Below, piece by piece: positions 13,570-26,915 of a DNA stretch of 64,000 bases. Every line of letters starts with the position of its first letter. The first letter of the stretch is position 1. The stretch comes from Vicugna vicugna (Eukaryota). The stretch is from NCBI GenBank assembly GCA_013265495.1, contig MU058718.1, positions 682,001 to 746,000 on the forward strand, read 5' to 3'. The translations under genes and the position numbers were made by a program. The notes under the pieces were generated by a model, which was not told the DNA's origin, made no database searches, and worked only from the letters and a program-made list of their open reading frames with translations.

Positions 13570-13825
13570 AATAATAAATGTGTTGATCGCTTATTATATG
13601 CCAGACACTCTTAAGCATTTTACATGTATCGACTTCTTTCCTCATCAAAACAAATCTATGAGGCCAATTCTGTTATTATCACCATTTTACTGATGACAAC
13701 GTTAAAGCCCAGGGTGGTCAAATAAACTGTCCAATGTCACACATCTAGTATGGGGTAAAACTTGGATTTCCAACCAGACTTTCTGGCTACAGAGCCTTTG
13801 CACTTAACCACTATGCTTTATTGTC
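13570..13825 (-). mobile_element. MIR SINE
   Basis: ttattatatgccagacact...ccattttactgatga...cttaaccactatgct. Confidence 0.8.
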
Positions 13826-14164
13826 TCTCAGTGAAGAGTAATGTCCAAAGAAGAGAGAGGAAAAAATGGCTCTACCTAAATAAAGCCTGCTGGAATAGAT
13901 TAAGTCAACCAGTTCCTATTGTTTTGAGTCTGTGTTCTCCAAGGAAAGTGGACACCATGATTGCCACCCCAGCATCCATCCCACCTCTCCCCGACTGCGG
14001 GGAGGATGTGGCATTTGGGCAGACCAATTCATTGATGTGGTCTCTGAAAAAGTGTGTCTTCCACATGCAAAATAATGAGCTGGCATCTTTGTTTATGGAT
14101 TGGCCTCCTGTGAACTTGGGAGGTTCAAATCGTCCCAGACCATTCATTAGGTAACTGATCAAAT

Positions 14165-14196
<32 letters not shown>

Positions 14197-14201
14197 AACC
14201 T

Positions 14202-14561
14202 NNNNNNNNNNNNNNNNNNNNNNNNNNNNNNNNNNNNNNNNNNNNNNNNNNNNNNNNNNNNNNNNNNNNNNNNNNNNNNNNNNNNNNNNNNNNNNNNNNN
14301 NNNNNNNNNNNNNNNNNNNNNNNNNNNNNNNNNNNNNNNNNNNNNNNNNNNNNNNNNNNNNNNNNNNNNNNNNNNNNNNNNNNNNNNNNNNNNNNNNNNN
14401 NNNNNNNNNNNNNNNNNNNNNNNNNNNNNNNNNNNNNNNNNNNNNNNNNNNNNNNNNNNNNNNNNNNNNNNNNNNNNNNNNNNNNNNNNNNNNNNNNNNN
14501 NNNNNNNNNNNNNNNNNNNNNNNNNNNNNNNNNNNNNNNNNNNNNNNNNNNNNNNNNNNNN
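14202..14561. other. Assembly gap (360 N) flanked by poly-A runs
   Basis: N run. Confidence 1.
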
Positions 14562-15949
14562 CCAAAAAAAAAAAAAAAAAAGGTAAAGAAGAGCAACCTT
14601 GAAGTCCAACCTGAAACAGTCATTCTAATGAACAGCCTAATTCACTTCTCCAAGAGAGAATAAAAATAAACACCATTTGCTGAACATTTCCTACTGTTGA
14701 TGAGCTGCTTCATAGGCCATCTTCCTCATGCATCCTTCTGTGCTCTCCCTGGAGAGGGGGCAGAGTCTACCAGCCACAGAGTGAAGGCTGGTGGTTCTCA
14801 AGTGTCACCGATCAACACTGCAAAACTTATACTGGCCCGTGGCTTAAGAGAAAAATCTGGACGAGTTTTTCTGGAAGCTCGATGTGCATAGTACAGAGGA
14901 CTCTGTTTTATTCTGACATTATATTCTTCCTACTTCTGGTGTTAAAATATTTTTTCTTTTATGAAAAGATTGTAATACTATATGACAATTTCACTATTAC
15001 TGTTTTAATATCCTTGCTTCCCAGGATAAAAGCTAACAACACTATGTTGAGCCTCTTCAATTAAAAAAAAAAGTGTCATTAGATCATAAGATACCAAAGT
15101 GTAGGGTCACTGGCCCCAGGGGCTGACATCCTGGGTTTTGCCTGACCAAAACCACAGAAAATGTTTAGAAAACAAAGAGACAACCCGAGTGGCTGGAATG
15201 TCCCCTGTGCTGCCGATGTCTTCCTTGCTAAGCTCCTATCTGACCTCCAGTTACTCCCTTAGTCCCCAGTGGCTGCTACCAGTAGGAATTCCCTATCCTT
15301 CCTGGCCAAGCTGACATGCTGGGCAGAGTTCAGGACACAGCTTTGAATGTGGTTTCCTGATTAGCAGAGAGACTCCAGCGAGGCAGGAAGGAGCTCAAGC
15401 TTGGATATTATATGTCAGAGTCATCTACCGGTTCTTAGGAATGAATACGTCAACAGAAATGACCTGGAGCAAAACAGCATTCCTGAGAAAATCCCCAACA
15501 ACTCAGCGAGAGACGCTTATCACTGCACTGCACTTCATCTTTTGTGTCTTCTTTTGACAAGAAAGTGACACGTTTAAGACTCAGTTACTTGAAAATATCA
15601 TTTAAACTGAACAATATTTGAGAAGGTTCATGATGATTGAGAGAAACGAGTGCTAACAGGAGCTAGACAAAAATATCTATACGACTTTCTGGCTAAGAAA
15701 GAGGGTGGTAAGAAGGGACTACCAAAACAGGGGTCAGGAAATGGGGTAGCTGACATGGTTCTGCCATTAAATTGTCTTGGAATCTTAGGAGAAATCATTC
15801 CCAGGTCTTCTACCTTCTCATCCGCAAATCATCAGCCATCTTGAACACTCTGAGTCCTAAAACAGAATCCCTGATTCTGGTCATCGTCTGGGGAAAAGAA
15901 CAAAGTCCCTTCATGTGTCAAGAAGGACTGTGAGAAATATTACTGAAAT

Positions 15950-16050
15950 ACGAATATGTGTATGTATATGCATGACTGAAACATAACACTGTACACCAGA
16001 AATTGACACACTGTAACTGACTATACTTCAATAATTTATTTGAAAAAAAA
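15950..16050 (+). mobile_element. Young L1 3' tail fragment
   Basis: Same tail as 2386, 17560, 24985 and 48768. Confidence 0.85.
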
Positions 16051-17559
16051 AGAGAGATTATTAAAAGAAAACCTTGAAGGTAAAGTGGAAAGTTCCTCAG
16101 GTCTTGAGGCCCTGATGAGACCCTGATGAAAGATGAGCCCCAGGAACACCTCTGGGGGGTTCTCCCTGGAAGGAGCAAGCTTCCAGCCAGAGTGGAGAAA
16201 GGAAGAAGGGGGCTGTATTGTCAAAAGCAAGAAAGGGAAGGTAAGGAGGAGAGCAGGAAGAAAGCAGGAGGGAAAGAAGCATAGAGAAGGCAAAGGCCTA
16301 GAAGAAGTGGGATTCTGTGAGGCTCTCGGAGCGTGTGAGAGTGAGCACGAGTGGTCACCACTCTGTAAGGGGCTGCCAGCTCCTGGGGGAGGGGTGGAGC
16401 AGACAGAAGAGGAAGCTGAAAAGAGAGAATGGCAGAAGAGCAGAGCAAGAGCAAAGAAGGGGGGAAAGAGGGAATCAAGACCTCTGCCTCTCATTCTGAA
16501 TAGAATTTCTTAACTTCACTACCACCATTCACCAAAAAAAAAAAAAAAGTCACCAGATGTGAGGCCCCATGGCATTCTGCCAAATTAAATAGAGAAAAGC
16601 CGCCCCCTTCAAGAGAACAAGATAGTATCGTTTTCTACAATGTAGTGAACACAGAGGCAGCTGAGCTATGCAGATATGGAAGGAAAAATTCCACGAAGGG
16701 TCCATATCCTGGGCTAAGCTCTCCAGAAATAGAACATTTTGATTACAAAATAAAAACTAGGTCAATAAGATAATGGACATGATTTAAAACGAAAATCACA
16801 GTATTTGTAATGGGCTAAAAATGGTATCAATATTATTGCAGAGAAGGAATATAATTAAGTGTATTTTTAAACAGCAGCGATCGGCCCCAGCCCTACAAAT
16901 CCCAGCCCGGCCACCAGTATTCCTCCACCTCATCGCAGAGGAATGTGCTGGCACGCCACAAGTTGGTCTGAAGAATGCAGAGTTTCCTACTACTTCAGAA
17001 GATCCCAAATGACACTGGGGAGCCACATTCTTTCACTGGTAGATCACTGTGATTCATTTCTAAGGCGAAGAAATGGAAGAAAGGTTAGGAATCTGACCAT
17101 TTCATTCCTTTACCATTTTCACTCTACGGCCAGGAAACGTGTCATGGAGGTCTGATGGCCACAGCTCTGTCTGGTCCACGGACACCGGGAAAATTCCAGA
17201 CCATCATAGGTAGTGGTTAGAGATCCTAAGAGGTTTAGCACAGGCTTGGAATTAAGATGAAGGGCAGAAGTGCAGACTTCTGGTTTTCTTCCTACCATGT
17301 GTGGTGTGACCTTGTGGAGCAACTTTAACTCCTGAGTGTAATTTATTTTCTAAACCCTCACAGGGGAGAGAGAGGCAAAGAGGAGCAAGATGAATGAGCT
17401 GTAAGGAATTATGTTCGGATGGTGAAGACAATTGCTCACGCAAGCACACAGAAGTGCTCTGGCATTTCCTCAGATGTCTATATAGGAGCCAAAACCTAGG
17501 ACTCTGCTGATGAGGAAATACCAATGTCTTCAGAGGTCAAATAAAATGAATATATTACC

Positions 17560-17752
17560 TACTGTATATAATAATAGATAAAAAACAATTTTTTTCTGTA
17601 TAGCACAGGGAACTATATTCAATACCTTATAATAACCTTTAATGAAAAAGAATATGAAAACGAATATATGTATGTATATGTATGACTGAAACATGATGCT
17701 GTACACCAGAAACTGACACATTGTAACTGACTATACTTCAGTTAAAAAAAAA
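17560..17752 (+). mobile_element. Young L1 3' UTR fragment
   Basis: ctgtatagcacagggaactatattcaata...ctgactatacttca + A tail. Confidence 0.9.
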
Positions 17753-17754
17753 TA

Positions 17755-18800
17755 GCTGAATGGGAGAAAATTTTTGCAAATGAAACTGACAAAGGCTTGA
17801 TCTCCAGAATATATAAGCAGCTCATACAACTCAATAAGAAAAAAATAAACAACCCAATCCAAAAATGGGCAGAAGACCTAAACAAGCAATTCTCCAAGGA
17901 AGACATACAAATGATCAAAAGGCACATGAAAAAATGCTTAATATCACTAATTATCAGAGAAATGCAAATCAAAACTACAATGAGATATCACCTCACACCA
18001 GTCAGAATGGCCATCATTCAAAAATCCACAAATGACAAATGCTGGAGAGGCTGTGGAGAAAGGGGAACCCTCCTACACTGCTGGTGGGAATGCAGTTTGG
18101 TGCAGCCACTATGGAAAACAGTGTGGAGATTCCTCAAAAGACTAGGAATAGACTTACCGTATGACCCAGGAATCCCACTCCTGGGCTTGTATCCAGAAGG
18201 AACCTGCACCTTCAGGATGACACCTGCACCCCAATGTCCATAGCAGCACTATTTACAATAGCCAAAACATAGAAACAGCCTAAATGTCCATCAACAGGTG
18301 ACTGGATAAAGAAGATGTGGTATATTTATACAATGGAATACTACTCAGCCATAAAAACCGACAACATAACGCCATTTGCAGCAACATGGATGCTCCTGGA
18401 GAATGTCATTCTAAGTGAAGTAAGCCAGAAAGAGAAAGAAAAATACCATATGAGATCGCTCATATGTGGAATCTAAAAAACAAAAACAAACAAACAAACA
18501 AAAACAAAGCATAAATACAGGACAGAAATAGACTCATGGACAGAGAATACAGACTTGTGGTTACCGGGGGGGTAGAGGGTGGGAAGGGATAGACTGGGAT
18601 TTCAAAATTGTAGAATAGATAAACAAGATTACACTGTATAGCACAGGGAAATATACACAAAATGTTATGATAAATCACAGAGAAAAAAATGTGACAATGA
18701 GTGTGTATATGTCCATGAATGACTGAAAAATTGTGCTGAACACTGGAATTTGACACAACATTGTAAAATGATTATAAATCAATAAAAAATGTTAAAAAAT
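17755..18800 (+). mobile_element. L1 3' end (ORF2 C-terminal remnant + 3' UTR)
   Basis: ORF 17797..18243 contains L1 ORF2 motifs [20 protein letters not shown] and [15 protein letters not shown]. Confidence 0.95.
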
Positions 18801-19093
18801 AGGTGAATATATTTCCACTTTAGAATATGTATGTATACACACACATAGGTATAGTATTCCTTATTTAAGGAGATTGCATCAACATTTACATCAGGGAAAT
18901 CTCAGAATAAGCTATCGGCACAAGTACATACACACATTTATCATCTAGAAGAGGTTATTTTCAAAATCTCTTTGTGGGTCATGCATATCTACTAGTCAGT
19001 TTTTTAAAAGAATTTACTCTTTATTATGCTTAAATTCCAACACACCAATCTAGTTGCAAGGCATTCATTTATCCTTAGAAAGCATGAGCTTAC

Positions 19094-19128
19094 CTCCCAT
19101 GAAGAAAAGCTGTTCAATGACAACTGAA
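19094..19128 (-). other. Exon-like segment (35 nt)
   Basis: Acceptor ttctcctttgtttgacaAG, donor GAG|GTAAGC. Confidence 0.35.
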
Positions 19129-21229
19129 CTTGTCAAACAAAGGAGAAGTAGAGAAGTTAGTCATTTTATGTTACACCTCATGTAATGCTGAACTCCCTCA
19201 GTGCAATTAGGTGTGCTTGTAAAATTATCATTAAGTTAGTGCCCACTTCACCCACTCCTTCCTTGGAGCATTATGATAAAAGGTATTTCAGGAAGCAGCA
19301 GGCTGACAGCTACGTAACCATGAGTCCTCTCTGTAAGTGACATAAGGCGCTCTAAACGCCTGGTGTTCTGAGTCAAGTGAAGTAAGTCACTGTGAGGACT
19401 TTTAAACCAAGGAATTCTAAACCAAGAGAAAGGCCAAAAAGTTAAGAATCATCTGAGCTCATCCTGTCACTCTGTCACTCTCTGTTCTTATTTATAGTTC
19501 CTCCCTATCACCAGGGCCTCTAAACCTTGAAATGAAACTAGTGAAGCAAAAGTGTGGTAAGGGTCACTGAAGACTAGGTAAAACTTCTGCAATATCCAGA
19601 AATTATGGAGCTTGGTTTTTCTGATGAAAATCATTCAGTCGATACTGGTTTTAACTCTGACTTTCCATGACTTCAGTTTGGAGATCCTGATGAGGATGAA
19701 AGAAAAGAACTAAAAGGCCAAGCAAGTGAAAACCACTGAAAGAATGCTCAGTGCAAGTATATGACAGGGGCACGCCTGTGTCCTGTGAGTCGGGTTGGGG
19801 GAAATGGATTATTTATAGGGGAAGGGAAGGAGGAAAACAAAATAAGCTCTTGACAAAGAGGATAAAAGCTTCTGCTAGGAAAAGGCAGTGGAGTCATTTG
19901 CACTCTCACGGGATGAACTTGGTCTCGAAGTGACTTGGGCATGTTTTGGTTGCTCAGCAGGAAGGAGCCAGCTGGGGGCTGGGGAAACTGGTGTTTTTGA
20001 AGGAACAGCTGCTTGAGCATGAGTGTCGGAAGGAAGTCCTCTTCCCCACTGCCAACCCACAAGACATAACTAATCCAGTCACAGGAGCTACTATAATAGG
20101 ACAAAGGGGGACAAGACTGAGTGCCGATGAATCCCCCAAGAGCTTTGACAATGGGACCATTGGAACAAACGCAAGGAGGGGAAAAGCACTAGCCAGTTAA
20201 CAGGGGGATCCTCATCTATAAGCAATACGTAAACCCTCTATTCCAAGTCTTTGATCTGATAAAAGTTGTGCGTCTGATTGATTTAATTCACTTTCATTCA
20301 CTTGTGTTGATTTGTTGGACGAGGATCAGTGAACTATTAAAGAGGAGGTAAGTGGGGAGACAAGAGACCTCTCCCTGGAACAGTCATGCCCTTAGTAAGA
20401 CTTCTCAGTAACCTCTCCCACTACCCTATTGGTACATTATAAGTCAGTAACCATAACCATAATAGAAAATCTTGTTCTTAACAGTAAACATTCCAATGGC
20501 TAAAAGTCTGAATAGACTAGGGACAAATACCGAATATATCAACACCGGCTATTTTAATGGGGAAAAATACGAAATATATCTTTGTGTAAATGGAAATCCT
20601 ACATTATAAAAGCAGGCAAGATGATTATGTGCGACAAATACTTACAGGAAAATGAGAAAAAGTAGAAAAAAGTTCCCCCTTCTAAAATAAACTAATCTTT
20701 TTTCAGCATACAATTCTCCTAAATTCTGACATTTATGCTTGCTTGAAAAAACAATTTAAGTCAACACTTCCCACTCTGTTATTCCACCCTGAGGCATAAA
20801 AATTTGATTAAATAGCCTACAAATGCTTTCATGCACAAGGAGTAGGCAAAAACTGACTTGCACTGTGACAAGTCAAGCTGTAGCTCGACTTCTGCCCCAT
20901 CGTTGTGCTGGCACCGGGCTAACCCTGAGTTCTGCATCTCCCTCTCTTTTTTTGAGAACAATACCAAAGCCTTGCCATGTGGGCTTCCTCCCAGTGATCA
21001 CCACCAGACTATGCTAGTCTCTTCCGAAACACCTTTTCTGTTTCAACACCATGACCAGAATGGCATGCTCCCCTCCTGGGTCAAAGCCTCCATCCCAAAA
21101 CAGGATCCTGTGACTTCCCATTTTCTAAAACCTCTGTCCCACTCTTGAGTCTCCTGTCAATCAGCTTCTCTTTCTCTTCTGACTTCTCCCTTCCACCAAA
21201 AACCCTAATAAGCCACAACTTATCGAATC

Positions 21230-21870
21230 ATGAGACAACTCCAGGCTCACAGCTTCAATTGCCTGCTTGACAGCCCCACTAGGATGTCTCATAGACATCT
21301 CTAGCTTAATATGCACCAAACTGGATTCTTGATTTTGATTACAAACCCCAGTATTCCTTCAGTGTTATCCATCTCAATAAATGATACCACTCAATTGCTC
21401 AGGGCAAAAGCTTGGAATCGCCCTGGACTTCTATCTCTTACACCACACATTTCATCTGACAACAAATTCTGTTAATTCTGCCTTGAAAATACGTCTCCAG
21501 AGCCCACCCACTTGTCTCCACATCCAGCATTGTTATGCTGGTCCAAGCCATCAGCATCCCTCACCTGAAATACTGGAGTAAACCAACTGGGCTCACGGGT
21601 TTCACCTTTTCTCTTTCACTAAAGTCCATTCTCTGTTCCACATTCACAGTGGTCATCTACAAAGTCCAATAAAACTCATTCTCCTTCTCAAACTTTTCAA
21701 AAGCTTCCCATCACACTTAGAATATAATCCAAAGTTTTATATGGACTGTATGGCTCCCAGTAGCCCCACAGCCTTACAAGGTTACCTCTCTAACTTCATT
21801 TCCTACCACACTTTGCCTCACTCATCCCACTCCAGTCATTGACTTTCATACTATTTTTTAAACACCGTAC
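21230..21870 (+). mobile_element. L2 LINE fragment
   Basis: ggatgtctcatagacatctctagcttaatatg...cttcccatcacacttagaatataatccaaa, typical L2 3' region. Confidence 0.75.
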
Positions 21871-22397
21871 AATAATTCTGAATGTTATCTGTGTCCATGG
21901 ATTCAACATTATCTCTATGCAAGTTAAATCTATTTAACCATCTACCAACCTGCTTCTCAGATTCAGCCTCAGGAAACACACTCTTCCTATAAGGTGTCTC
22001 GAGCTAGATGTCCCTATGCCAACAAAAATTAGACACTGCAAAAAGGAGCTGTTTTTCCATCACCAGGCTGGAAGCCTTGAAGTACCTGCCAACTTCCACT
22101 GTACTTCAGCCCACAATCAGTCAGCTGCCAAACCCTGCCACGTTTCCCACTACAGAAGTCCCAGTCTGCCCTTCACTCTTCCCTACTCTGTTCATTCTTG
22201 TCTCTGTCCTGCTCATCTCATGTGTGAAATCCCACACCTTCTCCAGTTGTCCCTTAGCTTCCTCATGTTGCTGTAACAAGTGTCCTTCCAGAGGGCTGAC
22301 AAGGGCTTCTTTCTACACTCAAGTTCTGGCTCATGGATGTCAGCTTCCATTCCTGCCTCCTATTACTGAATCCTCCTATTGCCTTTTACTGCCCCTA

Positions 22398-22555
22398 TGC
22401 TGTCCAGTATGATAGCCACTAGCCACACGTGGCTATTTAAATTTCAACTGATTAAAATGTAATACAACTAAAAGTTCAGTTTCTCAGCTGCCCAGGTCAC
22501 ATTTCAAGTGCTCAGTGGCCACATGTGGCTGGTGGGTACCCTGTTGAACAGCAAA
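22398..22555. mobile_element. MER3/MER33-like hAT-Charlie DNA transposon relic
   Basis: tgctgtcca...gccactagccacacgtggct...catttcaagtgctcagtggccacatgtggct...gaacagca with imperfect inverted symmetry. Confidence 0.8.
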
Positions 22556-22739
22556 GCTATTCAATTAATTGAATATTTATTCCATTAATATCTTTTTCAA
22601 TGCTTGCTCAGCTGTTATGCCTTTACTATCTGCTCAACTAGGTTTATTATTTCAGACTGAATGATCTTGGGGGCAGGGCTAATACCTAATGATGCCAAAC
22701 ATAGAAAGCTCTTTAAAAAGTATGTTTTAATAAGGGTGA

Positions 22740-22990
22740 GAGTCTAGTGGGAAAGCACTTAGGCTTTGGAATTACCCTGTATCTGAGTTCCTGTTCTGCC
22801 ACTTACTAGCTGGGGACCTTGTACAAGTTATTTAATGCCTCCTCGTTCTCAGTTTAAGCATCTATAAAACAGAGAAGATAATAACTGTCTTCTTCATAGG
22901 GCAGTTGTGATATCAAAGGAGATCATACCTGTAAATCTCTTAGCAATGGTTGATACATGATGACTATTCATTAATCTCAGTAGCTGATGA
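22740..22990 (+). mobile_element. MIR SINE
   Basis: tctgccacttactagctggggaccttgtacaagttattta core. Confidence 0.8.
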
Positions 22991-24245
22991 TATCAATTAT
23001 TTTAAATAGTTGTAAACAGAATAAACTTCAATATTTAAGGAGGTTCAAAGCAAGATGAAAAAGAAATCCTGAATGCAACTGCTCATCTCACAGAGTCAAA
23101 TGAGTATCTTGAGATACAATGTGATGGCTATTACTTAAATATCAAACTGTGGAAAATATGTATCAGAGTAACATAAATTTGAACGTTTCCATTCTGCTTC
23201 TTGTATAAAAGCTGCATAGAAGTTCCAGGTCTTTGGAAAATTTACTTCAGGGATAGTGAAACCTTGCTTGGCAAGTTGAACAACTTTCCATTAGTTGAAT
23301 GCAAGAAGGATGATTTCATTTTAAAAGTGAAATGTGGAAAGTAGTTAAATGGGCAAGATATAACTAATCTTACTAGTCTTTTTAAAAATCTGAAAAACAA
23401 AATAATAATCGAGAGAAGAAAGACTTATAATTCAAAGCACATGTGGATATTATTTTGCATTGATGCTTAAAGTTCCATCATCCCAGTGAACAAATAAAGG
23501 AGGTACACACATTCCACACATTTGGAGCATGAGATCTCTCTCCCTGTCTTCAGTAGCTGCCATTCAGAGGTGTACCTGGGCCCTCTACTTGGGGTAGCTC
23601 CAGCAGAAAAGCCTCCTCTTGGGCAGGCAGTATTAAAAGTATCTTCAACTGGCTCTCACCTGCATAAATGCATGATATGGATTCAGCCTCCCTCACTAAG
23701 ACTTGACTCCCTGAAGTGAAAATTAATGGAGTCATTAATAATGCCAAGCAGAGCCCAGGAAGGGGGGACCCCTGTGGGTTTAAGGCACTGACAAGCTGGG
23801 TCATGTAGAGGAAGCTAACACTGGAACCATGCATTCTGTCTATCACACTGAATGGGGTCAAAATCATACAGCCCCAAATCATACGGTTCAATTTACTTGG
23901 CCTTTATAGGAAGAGTTACTGATTTACAATGAGACACAGAGTAACAATACAAAGAATGAGTATTGCAGCTAATTTGGAAAGCCCCTAACACTTCTTTAGT
24001 TTTGAATATACTGTGGAAAACAGAAGAATCACAGGATTATAGAACAAAATCCTACCAGCTATATGAAAAAATAAACAAAAAAGAAAGATACAGGAAATCT
24101 TCTCCAGAGGTTTTTCAAAACATAATACTTCTTCAACAATCGAAACTCATTTAGTGGGAAATGGAAAAGTATTCTGGGTTCTCAAAACTTGAATCATCGT
24201 GTGAAAGGTTTTTTTAAGCAAGAATGCCTTAAATGACTTTTGCTG

Positions 24246-24261
24246 TCATTTTTCAAAAGAT
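24246..24261 (-). CDS. Candidate last coding exon start, (I)SFEK*
   Basis: Strong acceptor tttcattttgttttAG; phase-compatible with 26456-26655; followed by about 1.2 kb of repeat-poor AT-rich sequence resembling a 3' UTR. Confidence 0.35.
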
Positions 24262-24984
24262 CTAAAACAAAATGAAAGCTTATTTTAATACTTCGACGCT
24301 TCCATAATGTTGACAGTTATATTTTCACAATTCAAATATATTCTCCAGAAGAGCACCTTATTCATTTTTCAGTGGAAGGAAATAAAATTCAATATGCATA
24401 AATTTAAAGTCTTGTGCCTTTTGACAAACAGGTTTTGGTCGAAGTTTTTTTTTTTTTAACAAAGTGCATATAGTCACATACTGTTTTTGTGGGTAAGATA
24501 ATTTAAAGAAACTAGGAGAGTCTTTCATAAATCCACATAAAAAATGTGTCGCATAGTTGTATATGTAGAACCAGTTTCCAAAAGGAGAAAACTTAACACT
24601 AGTTATGTCTGGGCCGTGGAACTCAAGGGTGGGAGGCAGAGAAATGAGACATACTTCTTCACTTTAAATCTTTGAGGCCTATTCAAATTTATTTTTGTAT
24701 GTATTTCGTATAATTCTTTTAACTGTACTAGTTAGAAATAAAATAAGTTAAGTTAAAAATAATAAATCCAACTTACTGGACCATTAACCTTTGGTATCCA
24801 TTTCATTGGGAACATCACTTAGTAATACATAGGATTTTCAGCTACCTTTTCCTGCAATTTGAGTATGCAATCACCAGATGACAGAGATTCTCAACTGGTA
24901 TGACTCAGTCAAGCTGCTATGAAGAAACTAAGGTCCAGAGAGGTTAAAGGATTTGCCCGTTGCATCAAACTTCCTGATACTGAT

Positions 24985-25195
24985 TTGCAAATATTAACTA
25001 CTATATATAAAATAGATTTAAAAAATAATTTTTTTGTATAGCACAGGAAATTATATTCAATATCTTGTAGTAATCTATAATGAAAAAGAATATGAAAATG
25101 AATATATGTATGTACATGTATGACTGAAACATTATTCTGTACACCAGAAATTGACACATTGTAACTGACTAAACTTCAATTTAAAAAAAAAAAAG
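24985..25195 (+). mobile_element. Young L1 3' UTR fragment with TSD, inserted in a MIR
   Basis: L1 tail + poly-A; direct repeat cttcctgatactga at about 24970 and 25196. Confidence 0.9.
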
Positions 25196-25449
25196 CTTCC
25201 TGATACTGAGGCAACGTTCACCCTCAGTTCTTGGGCTTCTTGGTTTGTACCCCTTTTTTATTATATCATATGGCCTGTCACAGGTTCTATAACACCACTC
25301 ATGGGTTAATCTAAGGTCTGAATCATAACCATGAAGCTACTACAGCATTACAAAAACGTAACTCCTTTACAACTCAAGTTGAACACTGTAATTAAATAAA
25401 CCCTGCAGTTAATGATGGTCTGTGCAGACGATCTGTACAGAGCCAGTGA

Positions 25450-25680
25450 TGGGAGGGAGGGCTAAAATTTTCTGCCTGAATTTAATTCCTCCACTTACTG
25501 ACTGTGCGACTAACTACATGGCACCTCTATGCCTTCTTTTTCTCATCTGTAGTATTGCAACTAAAAACAGTATCTACGTATTTAATAGAATTATGAGGAT
25601 TAAATGAAATAAATGAAGTCAAGTACCTAGCCAAATGCCTGGTTACACAATAGGTGCTCAATAAGAGTTAGCGATTATCA
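25450..25680 (+). mobile_element. MIR SINE
   Basis: ccacttactgactgtg...ctcatctgta...atgaggattaaatga...taggtgctcaataa. Confidence 0.8.
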
Positions 25681-26455
25681 ATCCAAATTTAAACTCATAA
25701 ACTAAGTATAATTTAGAACCTTCCACACTAATCTTGGCTGTTTTCGATCTATTACAACCGTAATATCCTCCCCCAGATTTGATTATAAGTGCTTATCTTT
25801 GAGAAGATCTGCATTTACCACACTTTAGTAACCTTAGAAAAGGCATACCTCCCTGTCTTATCCTCCCCAGCAGTGGGATAGAGAAGCCTGAATTTAATAA
25901 ATATGTGTGAAAACACTTCGGAATGGCAAAGCTTCCTAGACAGAAAATAAATTTTGTTTATAGCCTACCTTGCATCGTGGCTGGTAGTCATGGTTTGCTC
26001 TAAAATCTCCAGATCACTCAAATAACCTCCGACTGTGTCCCTGCCTCGCTGTCAAAATGAGAGCTTGTCCTAGTGGGTCCCTCGTGGACCTGCCTTCCCA
26101 GTCCCGTGTGAAGCCCCTTCCCTGGGCCTGCCCACCCATTAGAGCCTCTCTTTTCTCCTTCCCATTGGTGGGGAGGCCTCTCTTCTCTAAGCCAAAAGTA
26201 GTGGTGGTGGTGGGGAATCTGTGAATAATTTATTTTCAATTCTGGAGAAGGTAGTTTTCCACTATTCCTTTCAGCAAAGAAGTCAGTCAAAGCCCTGTGA
26301 CTTCCTGAACAAAAACATTCTTTGAAGACACAACAAAATAAGCAATAATTGACAATTTAAACATACCTGGAATACTTTGCCACACATACTTCTCCAAGTG
26401 TCTTACAACACCACAAAACTTCAAACAGCATACCAACCCCTGCCTACCGGCTTAC

Positions 26456-26655
26456 ATGGAAATTAAACTATCTGAGCCCATTGTCAAGGCATTTCGGGGA
26501 ATATTTAAAAATGCTTTCTGGGTATGATAACAACCTATCGAGAGCTCAGGCTGTACATCTTCAAACCTAGGAGACTTCCAGCTCCAGGCTGGTACTGCCA
26601 TTAAAGGGCACCCATTTGCCAAAGTCTGGTTTAGCAACAAAGCCAAAGGAGAGCT
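26456..26655 (-). CDS. Candidate exon (200 nt), SSPLALLLNQTLANG...MGSDSLIS; alternative donor at 26366
   Basis: Acceptor ttgtttggtttcaaaatccAG, donor GTAAGC; 66 open codons (ORF 26452..26697). Confidence 0.4.
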
Positions 26656-26915
26656 CTGGATTTTGAAACCAAACAATCGTGGGTGTGAGGCATGCACTTG
26701 CTGTGACCAACAACTGGGTTAAGAAGAAGGTTCACAGTCAATTCATTTGCGTGGAGTTAGACCAACAATGAGCTCACTCAGTGAGTTTCACAATTAGGGC
26801 AAATAATTCTGAAGAGTGTATTCCTTTTTTTCCCTTTCCTATAGTTCTTCCTTTTCAGAATCAGATCTGTTGCAGAGGAATAGAAGTAAAGTGAACAGAG
26901 CAGGGGATAGAGTTC

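Noticed and set aside
13905..14623. Long ORFs of 133-234 aa
   Set aside because: Artefacts of the N gap.
16036..16513. Overlapping 126-152 aa ORFs on both strands
   Set aside because: Purine-rich low-complexity sequence depleted of stops; no splice or domain support.
17797..18243. 148-aa ORF
   Set aside because: L1 ORF2 C-terminal remnant, not a host gene.
19748..20200. Cluster of ORFs in several frames
   Set aside because: No convincing splice boundaries or recognisable domain; could not be linked to the exon chain.
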